Positions 18,941 to 29,270 of a stretch of 37,920 bases of DNA are shown here, piece by piece. The position numbers were made by a program, and so were the translations under genes. The stretch is taken from the sequence record SRR31156797_4117. One strand, 5' to 3'. The notes under the pieces were generated by a model. That model had not been told where the DNA came from, did not search any database, and saw only the letters and a list, made by a program, of their open reading frames with translations. Position 1 is the first letter of the stretch. Each line of letters starts with the position of its first letter.

Positions 18941-20761
18941 ATGAAAATATTACTATTCGGAGGAACAACAGAAGGCAAAGCCACGTCGAATTGGTTGAGC
19001 GATTTGGAGATAGAACATTTCTATTCCACTAAGACCAATTCGGGCAATTACGAGAGCAAATTTGGTACTCGTATTTGCGGAGCTATGGAGGTTGCTGGAA
19101 TCTGTTCTTTTTGTAAGGGCAATCAAGTTGATTTGATTATTGATGCGGCACATCCTTTTGCAGATGTCTTGCACCAAAATATTGTAGCTGCTGCTAATCA
19201 ATTAGTATTGCCGGTTATTCGAATAGAAAGGGATGCGGTTCCCCGAATAGTGAGTGAATTCGTTCAGTATCATCAGAATTTGGATGGTATATTGAATGAG
19301 GTTAAGAAACAAAATCAATCAAAGGTCTTGTCTTTAATGGGAGTGAAAGCCTTGCCTGAAATTCATTCAAAAACCCATGGAATTGATATTTGGTACAGAA
19401 TATTGGATTTTCCATCCTCACAAAAAATAGCTGATGAAGCTGGAGTTGAGCGGGATCGATTAATAATTGCTCCTGCTTTTGAAGGAATGGAAACCCAGGA
19501 ACCATTATTAATTTCTGAAGGTATTCAAGCAATGATTACCAAAGAGAGTGGTTACTCCGGTTTGTTGGATCAGAAAATGGAATTGGCGATAAAACATCAA
19601 ATTCCTTTGTATGTGATTGCCAGACCAGACCTTCCAGAATACTATGAAACAGTTACCAATCGAGAAGGATTACAGAAATATCTGAAATCTGCCTTTGCCT
19701 TTGTAAGAAAGGAGATGGCTCATGGATTTACTTCAGGAACCTGTGCCACAATATCTGCGAAAGCAGCTATGAAATTATTATTGGGAGAGGAAAGGCAGGA
19801 AAAGGAACAAATTGTTTTGGCTGATGGTGGAAACTGCGAAATGGTTCTTCATCAGAATCAAAAAGGAGAAAATTTTGCACTTTGTTCGGTGGTGAAAAAT
19901 TCTGGTGACGATCCGGATATTACCGATGGAATGGAAATTGGTGTTCGTTTGTCCTGGAATGAAGAAAGTACGATTCGCTTTGTGAAAGGTGAGGGTGTTG
20001 GAACAGCAACTTTGAATGGTTTGGGAATTCCTTTGGGAGAACCTGCTGTAAATCCGGTTCCTCGGAAAATGATTTGTTTAGAGCTACAGCAATTGCTAGA
20101 AGATTATGAAATCAGTAAAGGAATTGATGTTTCAGTATTTGTGCCATTGGGAAGAAAACTGGGTGCAAAAACCTTTAATCCCAAGCTCGGCATTGTTGAT
20201 GGAATTTCCATTATCGGGACAACAGGCAGAATTAAACCTTATTCGCTGGAAGCCTATGTTCAGACTATTCAGAAGCAATTGGACTTGGCAGTTTTAAATG
20301 AGAGCAAGCATATTGTAATGAATTCGGGCGGACGAAGCGAACGATATTTAAAGCAAAGATTTACCGAGTTAAACAATCTTGCCTTTCTGCAATATGGAAA
20401 CTTTATTGGTGAAATGCTGAAAACCATTAATGGTTCGGGGGTAGTGAAAGTAAGCATGGGTATTATGACTGGGAAAGCCATTAAGTTGGCGGCAGGAAAT
20501 CTGGATACACATAGTAAGAAAGTGGTTTTGGACCATGAGTTTTTACAAAATCTGACTAGAGAATGTAATTATTCTGATGATGTAATTGATAAGGTAGGCA
20601 AGATAAAAATGGGAAGAGAATTGGAAGACATTTTCAATTTTTCGGGAGATGAGGCGTTCTTTAAAGCCATAAAAGAACAATGCATGGCAGTTTGCCAAAA
20701 TATAATTGAAGATTATGAATTTGAGCTTTTACTAATTAGTAATAAGGGAGAAATAGTATAA
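18941..20761 (+). CDS. cbiD: Precorrin-6A reductase (CbiJ) fused to cobalt-precorrin-5B C1-methyltransferase (CbiD)
   Basis: FGGTTEG, IDAAHPFA, TKESG (CbiJ); GFTSGTCA, KNSGDDPDIT, TFNPKLGIVDGISIIGTTG (CbiD). Confidence 0.92.
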   Translation: MKILLFGGTTEGKATSNWLSDLEIEHFYSTKTNSGNYESKFGTRICGAMEVAGICSFCKGNQVDLIIDAAHPFADVLHQNIVAAANQLVLPVIRIERDAVPRIVSEFVQYHQNLDGILNEVKKQNQSKVLSLMGVKALPEIHSKTHGIDIWYRILDFPSSQKIADEAGVERDRLIIAPAFEGMETQEPLLISEGIQAMITKESGYSGLLDQKMELAIKHQIPLYVIARPDLPEYYETVTNREGLQKYLKSAFAFVRKEMAHGFTSGTCATISAKAAMKLLLGEERQEKEQIVLADGGNCEMVLHQNQKGENFALCSVVKNSGDDPDITDGMEIGVRLSWNEESTIRFVKGEGVGTATLNGLGIPLGEPAVNPVPRKMICLELQQLLEDYEISKGIDVSVFVPLGRKLGAKTFNPKLGIVDGISIIGTTGRIKPYSLEAYVQTIQKQLDLAVLNESKHIVMNSGGRSERYLKQRFTELNNLAFLQYGNFIGEMLKTINGSGVVKVSMGIMTGKAIKLAAGNLDTHSKKVVLDHEFLQNLTRECNYSDDVIDKVGKIKMGRELEDIFNFSGDEAFFKAIKEQCMAVCQNIIEDYEFELLLISNKGEIV

Positions 20762-20764
20762 GAT

Positions 20765-21493
20765 ATGGGAAAAAAGTTATTTGTTTTGCTAGCCTTTTTA
20801 ATTCCTTTTCAGGGATTTAGCATGCACATCATGGAAGGCTATCTTCCGGCAGCCTGGTCGATTTTTTGGACTGTGGTTTACTTGCCATTTTTTGTGTGGG
20901 GTGTAAAAATTATTCAGGAAAAAGTGAAGAAACATCCGGAGTTGAAGATGTTGTTTGCCTTGGCAGCAGCCTTTGCATTTGTGATGTCGGCTTTAAAATT
21001 GCCTTCGGTAACCGGAAGTTCATCGCATCCTACAGGAGTGGGATTAGGAACCTTACTTTTTGGTCCTATTGCCATGAGTGTGCTAGGAGTGTTGGTTTTA
21101 ATTTTTCAGGTATTATTATTGGCTCATGGGGGAGTTACCACTTTGGGAGCAAATGCATTTTCCATGGCTTTGACTGGTCCATTGGTAACTTTCGGGATCT
21201 ATAAGTTGTGTGTAAAGTTTAAAATCAATCGCTCAGTATCTATTTTCCTAGCTGCCTGTTTGGGCGATTTGGCAACCTACACAGTAACCTCCTTACAATT
21301 GGCATTGGCTCACCCGGATGTACAAACTGGTGTGGCTGGCGCATTCGTGAAATTTGCCTCCATCTATAGCTTTACGCAGATTCCTGTAGCAATTATTGAA
21401 GGATTAATTACCGTTTTGGTAATGAACATTCTCATTAAAAATATACCAAGTTGGGAAGGGTTAAAATTCAAGTTTAAAACCTCAAAATCATAA
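20765..21493 (+). CDS. cbiM: ECF cobalt transporter S component
   Basis: Signal-like N-terminus then MHIMEGYLP; SSSHPTG; LAHGGVTTLGAN; TQIPVAIIEG. Confidence 0.93.
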   Translation: MGKKLFVLLAFLIPFQGFSMHIMEGYLPAAWSIFWTVVYLPFFVWGVKIIQEKVKKHPELKMLFALAAAFAFVMSALKLPSVTGSSSHPTGVGLGTLLFGPIAMSVLGVLVLIFQVLLLAHGGVTTLGANAFSMALTGPLVTFGIYKLCVKFKINRSVSIFLAACLGDLATYTVTSLQLALAHPDVQTGVAGAFVKFASIYSFTQIPVAIIEGLITVLVMNILIKNIPSWEGLKFKFKTSKS

Positions 21494-21497
21494 GAAT

Positions 21498-21788
21498 ATG
21501 CTACAAAAGATCGTAAAGAATCAGAATTTTTGGATTATCATCGCCATAGTAGCTATTGTTGTTGGTGTATTTTCATACGTTGACAATTCAGAATTTGGTG
21601 GCGCCGACGGACAAGCAGAAGAGTACATTGTGGAAGCTAATCCTGCATATGAACCTTGGTTTTCGAATATCTGGGAACCACCCGGATCGGAAATTGAAAG
21701 TTTACTATTTGCATTGCAAGCTGCCATCGGAGCAGGTATTTTGTTTTATGTGATAGGATATTATAAAGGAAAGAAATCTGCGGCATAA
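21498..21788 (+). CDS. cbiN: ECF cobalt transporter component
   Basis: FGGADGQAE, YEPWF, EPPGSEIESLLFALQAAIGAG. Confidence 0.93.
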   Translation: MLQKIVKNQNFWIIIAIVAIVVGVFSYVDNSEFGGADGQAEEYIVEANPAYEPWFSNIWEPPGSEIESLLFALQAAIGAGILFYVIGYYKGKKSAA

Positions 21789-21837
21789 TCGTAAAGATGT
21801 ACAGCTGTGCGTTTGTATAGAAATAATTAAATCTATT

Positions 21838-22632
21838 TTGTTTTTTCAGGAACGATACATATTAAAAAAATCCCTTTTCGGATTAGAAGGCATGGAAAAG
21901 TTTATTCTTTTCATGATATTGCTTAATGCTGCCTTGTTGTCTGATCAAATGATACTTCACCTTATTTTATTATTGGGGATTGTTTTGTGTTTTTTGATTT
22001 ATGGAATGAGTTTGCAAAAAATGTTGCGTCTTTTGGTTTTACCATTTGGATTTATTCTGTTGGGAAGTATTTCTATTGCTTTATCCTTGCATGCCAATCC
22101 TGAAACTTCAATATTTTGTTGGGAAGGAACTAGCATTTGCATTGGAGTAGAGGAGGAAGGATTGCAAAAAGCAATGGCATTGTTTTGTAAAGCAATGGCA
22201 GCAGTAATGGCGTTAAATTATCTAATTCTTTCCTGTCCTTTATCGGAGATTAATGATATAGGAAGAAGGCTAAGAATTCCATTGATTTTAAGAGAGCTTT
22301 TTGTGCTTACCTATCGATACATAACTCTGCTTTTTGGATTTACAACACAGGTACATATAGCTCAACGCAATCGCTTGGGCTATGCGAGCAAACGAAAAAG
22401 TATTTCATCCATGAGCATGCTGTTTTCTTCGGTGTTTATTAAGAGTTTGCAATATTCACAGCGAAACTTCGAAGCTATGCAATCCAGAGGCTATACCGGC
22501 GAATTCTATTTTAATGAGCACAGTAAAGCAATGCGATTGCTACCCTTAATCTTGTTGGGATTGCTAGCTATCTTTTTGTTGTCAATTCACTATTTGTTAT
22601 CCAATTCATCATTCATCATTTATAATTTTTAA
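21838..22632 (+). CDS. cbiQ: ECF cobalt transporter T component
   Basis: LTYRYI, AQRNRLGY, AMQSRGY; TTG start uncertain. Confidence 0.88.
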   Translation: MFFQERYILKKSLFGLEGMEKFILFMILLNAALLSDQMILHLILLLGIVLCFLIYGMSLQKMLRLLVLPFGFILLGSISIALSLHANPETSIFCWEGTSICIGVEEEGLQKAMALFCKAMAAVMALNYLILSCPLSEINDIGRRLRIPLILRELFVLTYRYITLLFGFTTQVHIAQRNRLGYASKRKSISSMSMLFSSVFIKSLQYSQRNFEAMQSRGYTGEFYFNEHSKAMRLLPLILLGLLAIFLLSIHYLLSNSSFIIYNF

Positions 22633-22639
22633 ATACCAT

Positions 22640-23425
22640 ATGTTGCGTCTTCAAAATATAAACTATACTTATCCTGAGGGAACGAAAGGATTACAAGATG
22701 TTTCTCTCGAGATAAAAAGGGGCAGTAAGATGGCTTTTTTAGGGGAGAATGGTGCAGGTAAATCCTCTCTGTTTTTGGTTTTGAATGGAATTCATAAACC
22801 GCAGAAAGGAAAATATTACATCGAAGAGAATAGCTTCAAATTCACTTCAAACGAAAGAAAGCAGATGGCGGCTAAGGTAGGATATGTTTTTCAGGATCCG
22901 GATGTGCAGTTATTTGCAGGAACTGTTTATGAAGATGTTGCTTTTGGTCCATCGAATTTGGGATTGAAAGGAGAGGAATTAAAGTTGCGTGTAAGCAAAT
23001 ACATCGAATTATTAGGAATTGGAGAGTTAAGAGAAAAAGCCCCACATCAGTTAAGTTACGGGCAGAAGAAGCAGGTTGCTGTAGCAGGCGTGTTGGCGAT
23101 GGAACCGGAAATTGTATTGTTTGATGAGCCATTTGCCTGGTTGGATAATCGTCACAAGCAAATCATGACAGACATTATCGAGGATTTGAACAAGCAGGGG
23201 AAAACAGTTTTAATCTCTACTCACAATCCTGATTTTGCCTACGAATGGGCAGATGATGTGGTATTAATGAAACAGGGAAGAGTGATCGCCTCAGATTCTC
23301 CTGAAAAAGTGATGACAAATAAAGTGATGATGCAGGAAATCGGCATGGAATTGCCTTTGGTCGTTCGTTTGGCGAGGAAATTGGGTATGGAAAATCATCC
23401 CCGTTCAGTACATGAATTTTTGTAA
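22640..23425 (+). CDS. cbiO: ECF transporter ATP-binding component
   Basis: GENGAGKS, VFQDPDVQLF, LSYGQKKQV, LFDEP. Confidence 0.92.
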   Translation: MLRLQNINYTYPEGTKGLQDVSLEIKRGSKMAFLGENGAGKSSLFLVLNGIHKPQKGKYYIEENSFKFTSNERKQMAAKVGYVFQDPDVQLFAGTVYEDVAFGPSNLGLKGEELKLRVSKYIELLGIGELREKAPHQLSYGQKKQVAVAGVLAMEPEIVLFDEPFAWLDNRHKQIMTDIIEDLNKQGKTVLISTHNPDFAYEWADDVVLMKQGRVIASDSPEKVMTNKVMMQEIGMELPLVVRLARKLGMENHPRSVHEFL

Positions 23426-23431
23426 GAAGTG

Positions 23432-23498
23432 TGACTCCACTGGAGTCAGATGTTTATAGAATAAGATATTCTATAAACCTACGATCCCATCTGGATCG
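23432..23498. repeat. Cluster of three hairpins (REP-like element or bidirectional terminator) between convergent genes
   Basis: tgactcca/tggagtca; gtttatagaata/tattctataaac; cgatcc/ggatcg. Confidence 0.65.
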
Positions 23499-23530
23499 AA
23501 TTTTAAAGAGTGTTTATTTACCCTGTGAAA

Positions 23531-24820
23531 TCAATTCTCAAACTTCCGATAAATCTCAATTAAATTATCTGCTTGTGTGTAGATATTGAAATGTTTTTCA
23601 ACTCCAGCTCTGGCTTTTATTGATAGATCCTTAAGTTTTACTTCATCCTTTAAAAGATTTTTTATAGCTCTTGCCAATTCCTCAGGACTGTTATTGTCGT
23701 AAACTATTCCACCTTCCGATTTTTCAACAATCTCAGGGAATGCTCCCAAAGCTGGTTGAACCACAGGAACTCCTGATGCCATGCTTTCCAATAGGTATAA
23801 ACCAAAGGCCTCTCCGTTACGAACCGGAACTGAGATCATCTGTACTTTTTTTAAGAAATCGTGTCTTCCTTCGCCGTCAAAATCTTCATGAAACTCGACT
23901 TGATCAAGCAAATTTGCATGTTGTAATTTTTGCTTCATTTTCTTTAAAAGAGGCTTATCATCCCCGGTTGATCCACCTGTAAGTATCAGATTTACATCTT
24001 TAAAATCTGCATCTTGTTTCAGTTCAATAAAAGCATCTATCATGATATCAAAACCATTTGCTTCGCACATCCTTGAGATGTAGCCTATGTTTCTAGCTTT
24101 CTCTTCAGGTTTTGTAATGTGATATTCATCAGGATCAACACCTAAATGATTGGTGAATACTTTATTGTCATTTATCTTCATCTTTTGGATGGATACTTTC
24201 GAATAGAAATCGCTTACACCAATAAAGCCATTAATCGATTCTGATTTACTACTCATCAAATCCCAAATCTTATCCCTGAAAGAATCCTTCATGGCATCCA
24301 CCCAAACATCTTCATCCTGTAAAGAACAAAAGAGACGAGCATTTGGAAATTCTTCACTCAACTTAGGAGCCAATCCTAATAGAAGTGCATTCGACAAGTG
24401 AATCACATCTGGTTTTAAATACTCAGCCATCCAGCTTACCATACGGTTGAGCTCTTCCTTTTGTGCACCTTCTTCTCCCATGAGCATGGATACTGTCATT
24501 TCTTCTAATCCTTTGGCATTGGTCGATCCCGCCATGCTTGCTGCAAATTTCAGCATCGGACGAGAGTTTAACAAACGATCTACCCAGGCAGGAGCATGCC
24601 TGAAAATGGGATACAATTGTTTTAAATAAATGCTAATAGCTCCATAAAAAACAGGCATCTCATTCAAATCATGTTCATCGGAAAATAGGGGAAGATACAT
24701 GGGGATTTTAGTCACCTCATGACCTTGTGCTTTCATGGCATTGTGAAATTTATCATCGCGCAAGCAATTGCCGCAATAAAAGCTACCACCGGAACCGGGA
24801 ATAATTTGAAGGATATTCAT
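23531..24820 (-). CDS. Glycosyltransferase family 4 protein
   Basis: GYISRM, EAFGLYLLESMASGVPVV, GAFPEIV; N-terminal FYCGNCLRD. Confidence 0.88.
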   Translation of the reverse strand: MNILQIIPGSGGSFYCGNCLRDDKFHNAMKAQGHEVTKIPMYLPLFSDEHDLNEMPVFYGAISIYLKQLYPIFRHAPAWVDRLLNSRPMLKFAASMAGSTNAKGLEEMTVSMLMGEEGAQKEELNRMVSWMAEYLKPDVIHLSNALLLGLAPKLSEEFPNARLFCSLQDEDVWVDAMKDSFRDKIWDLMSSKSESINGFIGVSDFYSKVSIQKMKINDNKVFTNHLGVDPDEYHITKPEEKARNIGYISRMCEANGFDIMIDAFIELKQDADFKDVNLILTGGSTGDDKPLLKKMKQKLQHANLLDQVEFHEDFDGEGRHDFLKKVQMISVPVRNGEAFGLYLLESMASGVPVVQPALGAFPEIVEKSEGGIVYDNNSPEELARAIKNLLKDEVKLKDLSIKARAGVEKHFNIYTQADNLIEIYRKFEN

Positions 24821-24991
24821 ACGAAGAAAAGTTTAAGTGCCTAAAGTTTTAAATACTTAAAGTTATAATTTTCTATCTATTTTAATGATGATATTTGGGT
24901 AACATGTCTAGCATCATGGAGATGCTTGACATGTTCTATTCTATACATGGAACGGTTTTATTTTTTCTTGAAACTTGCGATTTGGAGCTTT

Positions 24992-25768
24992 CTATTTATC
25001 AAACTGCTTTGCTTCCTCCCAAATCTCATCCATCTCCTCCAGATTCATCTCTTTCAGGTTGCGTCCTTGTTTTATGGTTTTGCTCTCCAGGTAGTTGAAT
25101 CGTTTGGTGAATTTCTGATTGGTGCGTTCCAATGCATTTTCAGGATTCACGCCGTACAAACGAGCAGCATTGATTAATGAAAAGAACATGTCACCAAATT
25201 CCTGTTCCATTTTATCCTGATCGCCTTTCTTAATCTCATCTTCCAGCTCGTGCATTTCCTCTTTCACCTTCTCCCACACCTGTTCTTTCTCGTCCCAGTC
25301 GAAGCCAACGCCACGTACTTTATCCTGAATTCGATTTGCTTTTACCAATGCAGGCAGTGATTGTGGAACGCCTTCCAATACTGATTTGTTGCCACCTTTT
25401 TCCTTCAACTTTAACTGCTCCCAGTTTTCCTCAACCTCTTTAGCATCGGCAACTTTGGTATTGCTAAAAATATGAGGATGACGATAGATTAGCTTTTCGC
25501 TAATTCCGTCGCAAACATCAGCGATGTCGAAGTCGTTGGTTTCCGATCCTATCTTTGAATAGAAAACAATATGCAGTAGAATATCTCCCAGTTCTTTTTT
25601 GATTTCCTGTTTGTCGCCCTTTAGAATTGAATCAGCCAGTTCGTAGGTTTCTTCTATCGTAAGCGTTCGTAAAGTTTCAAAAGTCTGTTTTTTATCCCAA
25701 GGACAACCAGCTCGCAATTGGTCCATGATATCTAGTAAGCGTTCAAAGGCTTGTAATTTTCTATCCAT
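24992..25768 (-). CDS. mazG: Nucleoside triphosphate pyrophosphohydrolase
   Basis: CPWDKKQT, IEETYEL, ELGDILLH, RHPHIF, EFGD. Confidence 0.95.
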   Translation of the reverse strand: MDRKLQAFERLLDIMDQLRAGCPWDKKQTFETLRTLTIEETYELADSILKGDKQEIKKELGDILLHIVFYSKIGSETNDFDIADVCDGISEKLIYRHPHIFSNTKVADAKEVEENWEQLKLKEKGGNKSVLEGVPQSLPALVKANRIQDKVRGVGFDWDEKEQVWEKVKEEMHELEDEIKKGDQDKMEQEFGDMFFSLINAARLYGVNPENALERTNQKFTKRFNYLESKTIKQGRNLKEMNLEEMDEIWEEAKQFDK

Positions 25769-25955
25769 TTTTTTGTAATTATGTAATCGAAGATCAAATG
25801 TACTAATTAAGTACTAAAATTGGGTGGTAGATTTAACACAAAGGTAAACTAAGGGGTTCACGAAGTAATGCAAAACATTTTCTAAGTACGAAGATTTATA
25901 AATCAAATTTCATAAATGTAGATAGTTTTGGAATTTGATATTTGAGAATTGGAGA

Positions 25956-26411
25956 TTAATTTTTGGGATATTTCAATTCCAATTTCAGATTGTCAGCTAT
26001 TTCTTTTGCAATTTTCTCCACTTTGGTTTGCTTTCCGCTAAACATCACAATTTGATTACGAGGCATCACCAATATAAGCTTCTGAACTATATTGGTTTCG
26101 TTTCTTCCAATGGATAAGACAGCCATCCCTTTTGTTTCTCTAACACGAATAATTTGCAAGTGTTGAGCTGCAGTTACATCTATCCATTTGCCGAAACGCA
26201 AAAAGAACAAACCTGTGTATTTTCGAAGACGCTTATTTTCAGGATCAATTACGATACCCGATTGAATAAAAAGAAGGGGAATAGCCAATAGAAGGGTAAG
26301 AGAACCTTCATAATCACCATTAATGGTTGTGGCTATACCAATCAGAGCCAAGCTAAAACCCAGCATTAAAAAGTTGAGTGGAAGACGTTCGGTTTTGTAG
26401 GATAGAATCAT
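25956..26411 (-). CDS. Hypothetical membrane protein (2 TM plus soluble domain)
   Basis: 151-aa ORF with two hydrophobic segments. Confidence 0.65.
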   Translation of the reverse strand: MILSYKTERLPLNFLMLGFSLALIGIATTINGDYEGSLTLLLAIPLLFIQSGIVIDPENKRLRKYTGLFFLRFGKWIDVTAAQHLQIIRVRETKGMAVLSIGRNETNIVQKLILVMPRNQIVMFSGKQTKVEKIAKEIADNLKLELKYPKN

Positions 26412-26542
26412 TGGGATGTTATGCTTAGTTTTGAAATTCTAAGATAAGAAAAATATGGATTTTGGGATTCTAACTTAAGATTGGATTTTAAGAAGATAAT
26501 GATTTTATTATATGAAATCGGAAGGCTATTTTAAAAATAATT

Positions 26543-27175
26543 CTAAACAGAAAATACAATCAAACGATTATCAATGACAGTGTCCGAAAACCCGAATTCT
26601 TTTTGTATCCATTTAATGGTGTTTTTCTGATAGATGAATACATGAGTTGGATCGTTTTTGTAGTACCATTCAGCAAAATCGATGCTTTCATCGTAAATGT
26701 GGGTCATACAATACAGCTTTCCATTTGGTTTTAAAAGTTTCTTTAGCAGTTGAAACTCTTTGTGTGGCGTATAAAAATGTTCTATCACCTCGCAACAGGC
26801 AATGTAGTCGTATTGTTTTTCGAGTAATTCAGGATATGGATGAAAGTAAGGATCGTATTGAAGGATAGAAAAATCATTATCAGAAAGAACTTTTGAGATG
26901 ACAGGACCTGTGCCAGCACCAAAATCCAAACCATTGTGAGATGGAGTGTAATCTCTTAAAATGGACGAGGTAATAGGAGAAACGAAATTTTGATAGCCTT
27001 TGTTTTCTACATCGTTCTCATGTTTTGCATAGTGGTCGTACTCAATAGTAGCGTTGGGTAATAAGTTTTTGTCAGCAAATATGCCTGAACAAGATTTACA
27101 TTGATAAAAGAGTTGTTTTTTGTTCTGATAAAAAACTTCTCCAAATCTGTTACATAAAGGACATTGTGCTGACAT
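26543..27175 (-). CDS. Class I SAM-dependent methyltransferase with N-terminal Zn ribbon
   Basis: CPLC...CKSC; LDFGAGTGP; CEVIEHF; WYYKNDPTHV. Confidence 0.88.
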   Translation of the reverse strand: MSAQCPLCNRFGEVFYQNKKQLFYQCKSCSGIFADKNLLPNATIEYDHYAKHENDVENKGYQNFVSPITSSILRDYTPSHNGLDFGAGTGPVISKVLSDNDFSILQYDPYFHPYPELLEKQYDYIACCEVIEHFYTPHKEFQLLKKLLKPNGKLYCMTHIYDESIDFAEWYYKNDPTHVFIYQKNTIKWIQKEFGFSDTVIDNRLIVFSV

Positions 27176-27202
27176 ATAAGCTTTTTTGAATTTAATATAG
27201 AA

Positions 27203-27436
27203 TTAATGTTTATTTACTGTTTTAAGATATAATTCTTCCACCTCTTGTCTTGCCCAAGCAGTTTTTCTTAAAAATTTAAGACTCGACTTAACGGATGGAT
27301 CTTTCTTAAAACAATTGATATTTATTCGTTTTCCTAATTCCACCCATCCGTAGTAGTTTTCTAAGAACTCTACTATCTCGGCTAGCTTTATTCCATGCAA
27401 TGGATTGTTGTTTTGCTCTCTGTTTTCCATTATCAA
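27203..27436 (-). CDS. VF530 (DUF2132) family small putative DNA-binding protein
   Basis: NPLHGIKL...YGWVEL...[29 protein letters not shown]. Confidence 0.88.
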   Translation of the reverse strand: MIMENREQNNNPLHGIKLAEIVEFLENYYGWVELGKRININCFKKDPSVKSSLKFLRKTAWARQEVEELYLKTVNKH

Positions 27437-28575
27437 TATCCTTTGGTATCTATCTCTTTCGTATCAATAAGGTTGATTCTTTTCTTCATTTTTTTCTGAA
27501 TCACTTTAAAGTGATGCTCATCATCTTGGGTAACAAAAGCAATGGCCTCTCCTGGTGATTCCGCTCGTCCGGTTCTACCAATTCGGTGGATGTAATCTTT
27601 AGGAGAACGAGGTAGATCATAATTTACAACGTAGGGTAAAAATTCAATATCAATACCACGAGTTAGCAAATCGGTAGCAACCAATACGCGAAGTTTTCCG
27701 GTTTTAAATTTTCGAAGATTTTCAGTTCGTGCTCCCTGGCTTTTCTTGCTATGAGTACTGGTAGCCTGAATCCCATTTTTACTCAACTTATAAGCAACAG
27801 CGTCTGCTCTGTGTGCCGATGAAGTAAAAACCAATACTTGCTTTAAATTGTTGTGTTTGATTAAATATCGCAAAAGCGGCCCCTTTTTCTCTTCGGCAAT
27901 AGAATACGCCAATTGATCGATTAAATCAATGGTATCTACTTCTGCTTCTATTTTTATAACTACAGGTTTTTTTAAAAGAACCTGATTCACATCCTCTACA
28001 TTTTTGCTAAGAGTAGCGGAGAATAACATGTTCTGGCGTTTCTTAGGCAAAAGTGCAAATATGCGATTCATTTCATCTTGAAATCCCATATTTAGCATCT
28101 TATCGGCCTCGTCTAAAACCAGTGCCTTTATTTCTGTTAGGTGTACTGCATTTGAATCTACCAATTCTAATAAACGACCAGGTGTGGCAACCAAAATGTC
28201 AACATTCTGCATTGCTTTCATTTGTGGGTTGATGGAAACACCACCATGAACGGCTAGGCATTTTATAGGATCGGCGAGGGCAGAGGAGAATTGTTGAAAT
28301 ACCTCAAGAACCTGTGCAGCTAACTCTCTTGTTGGTACTAATACCAATGTCTTGATATGTCGGTTTTTTGAAATGCTACCTCCCTGAAGGTTCGTTAGGA
28401 TAGGTAAAACGTAACTTGCCGTTTTTCCAGATCCTGTTTTGGCTATACCCAACACATCTTTTTTGTTGAGAATAGCAGGAATTGCTTCTTTTTGAATAGG
28501 ATAAGCTTCGGTATATTTTTGTTTGGCAAGTGCTTTTTGTAATGAAGAAGCCAAGCCTAAAGAGGTAAAAGACAT
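27433..28575 (-). CDS. DEAD-box RNA helicase (RhlE-like)
   Basis: Q motif, [29 protein letters not shown]. Confidence 0.95.
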   Translation of the reverse strand: MSFTSLGLASSLQKALAKQKYTEAYPIQKEAIPAILNKKDVLGIAKTGSGKTASYVLPILTNLQGGSISKNRHIKTLVLVPTRELAAQVLEVFQQFSSALADPIKCLAVHGGVSINPQMKAMQNVDILVATPGRLLELVDSNAVHLTEIKALVLDEADKMLNMGFQDEMNRIFALLPKKRQNMLFSATLSKNVEDVNQVLLKKPVVIKIEAEVDTIDLIDQLAYSIAEEKKGPLLRYLIKHNNLKQVLVFTSSAHRADAVAYKLSKNGIQATSTHSKKSQGARTENLRKFKTGKLRVLVATDLLTRGIDIEFLPYVVNYDLPRSPKDYIHRIGRTGRAESPGEAIAFVTQDDEHHFKVIQKKMKKRINLIDTKEIDTKGY

Positions 28576-28743
28576 GATATTTTTATTCTGATTGTTATGA
28601 TGAGCTATTTTAAGGGCACTAAGTTACGGCAAATAAAGCTCAACTAATCATGAATCAAGAAAAACACTCTATCAGATAGGTTAAAAATATCCTATTTTTT
28701 AATCAAGGAATTGTTCTCTGTCTTAAAGGTAATGTTTGTAGAT

Positions 28744-28773
28744 AAAAAAAGAGGTTGCATAGTTGGCAACCCC
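28744..28773 (-). terminator. Rho-independent terminator closing the precursor array
   Basis: Minus strand GGGGTTGC-CAACTAT-GCAACCTC-TTTTTTT, 25 nt after the last precursor stop. Confidence 0.85.
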
Positions 28774-28798
28774 GAGAGAATAAGTGTTATTAAAAATC

Positions 28799-28954
28799 TT
28801 AATCATAGATTCTCATGCAAACACCGCCATCGCAATAATACCCGCCTGGGCAATCCTCGTGCCAGTCGCAAAAAGGATGGGCACCACCTTTAATATTTTG
28901 TTGTTCTGTTTTACTCAATTCTTTTGCACCAACTAGTTTTTCTAAATTTTTCAT
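28799..28954 (-). CDS. Double-glycine precursor peptide P9 (51 aa): MKNLEKLVGAKELSKTEQQNIKGG|AHPFCDWHEDCPGGYYCDGGVCMRIYD
   Basis: 24-aa GG leader shared with 8 neighbours; start reassigned from 28984. Confidence 0.9.
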   Translation of the reverse strand: MKNLEKLVGAKELSKTEQQNIKGGAHPFCDWHEDCPGGYYCDGGVCMRIYD

Positions 28955-29009
28955 AGTGTTACAATTTAATTTGAATCTTGGCAAGGTTTTAACTTTTTAG
29001 TTTTAAATG

Positions 29010-29216
29010 TTATGGTTCTAGTTCACCATTACCTCCGCCTCCACCAGAACCGCCAGAGTTCGGATCATCAGGTACACAGAATATACCTTCGCAATGTTGT
29101 CCTTCGGGACATTCAGGATCGGATCCGCAGAATGACCCTGAAAAGCCACCTTTAACATTTAATTGTTCTTTTTTGCTAAGTTGTTTAGCACTAGTAAGGT
29201 TTTCTAAATTTTTCAT
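29010..29216 (-). CDS. Double-glycine precursor peptide P8 (68 aa): core FSGSFCGSDPECPEGQHCEGIFCVPDDPNSGGSGGGGGNGELEP
   Basis: Conserved leader, 4 Cys, Gly-rich tail. Confidence 0.9.
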   Translation of the reverse strand: MKNLENLTSAKQLSKKEQLNVKGGFSGSFCGSDPECPEGQHCEGIFCVPDDPNSGGSGGGGGNGELEP

Positions 29217-29270
29217 TGGTTTAATTTTATATCCTGAGAATCAGGATGGATTTGAAAAAGTACAATCAAT

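Noticed and set aside
24828-24866. Short degenerate repeats (taaagt) between the GT4 gene and mazG
   Set aside because: Too short and low-complexity to support a feature call
2673-27000. Many 60-140 aa alternative-frame ORFs within long genes (e.g. 2673-3098, 7943-8281, 13593-13961, 20866-21204)
   Set aside because: Fully overlap well-supported CDSs and carry no recognisable motifs; the MMVMMM run is the antisense of the His tail
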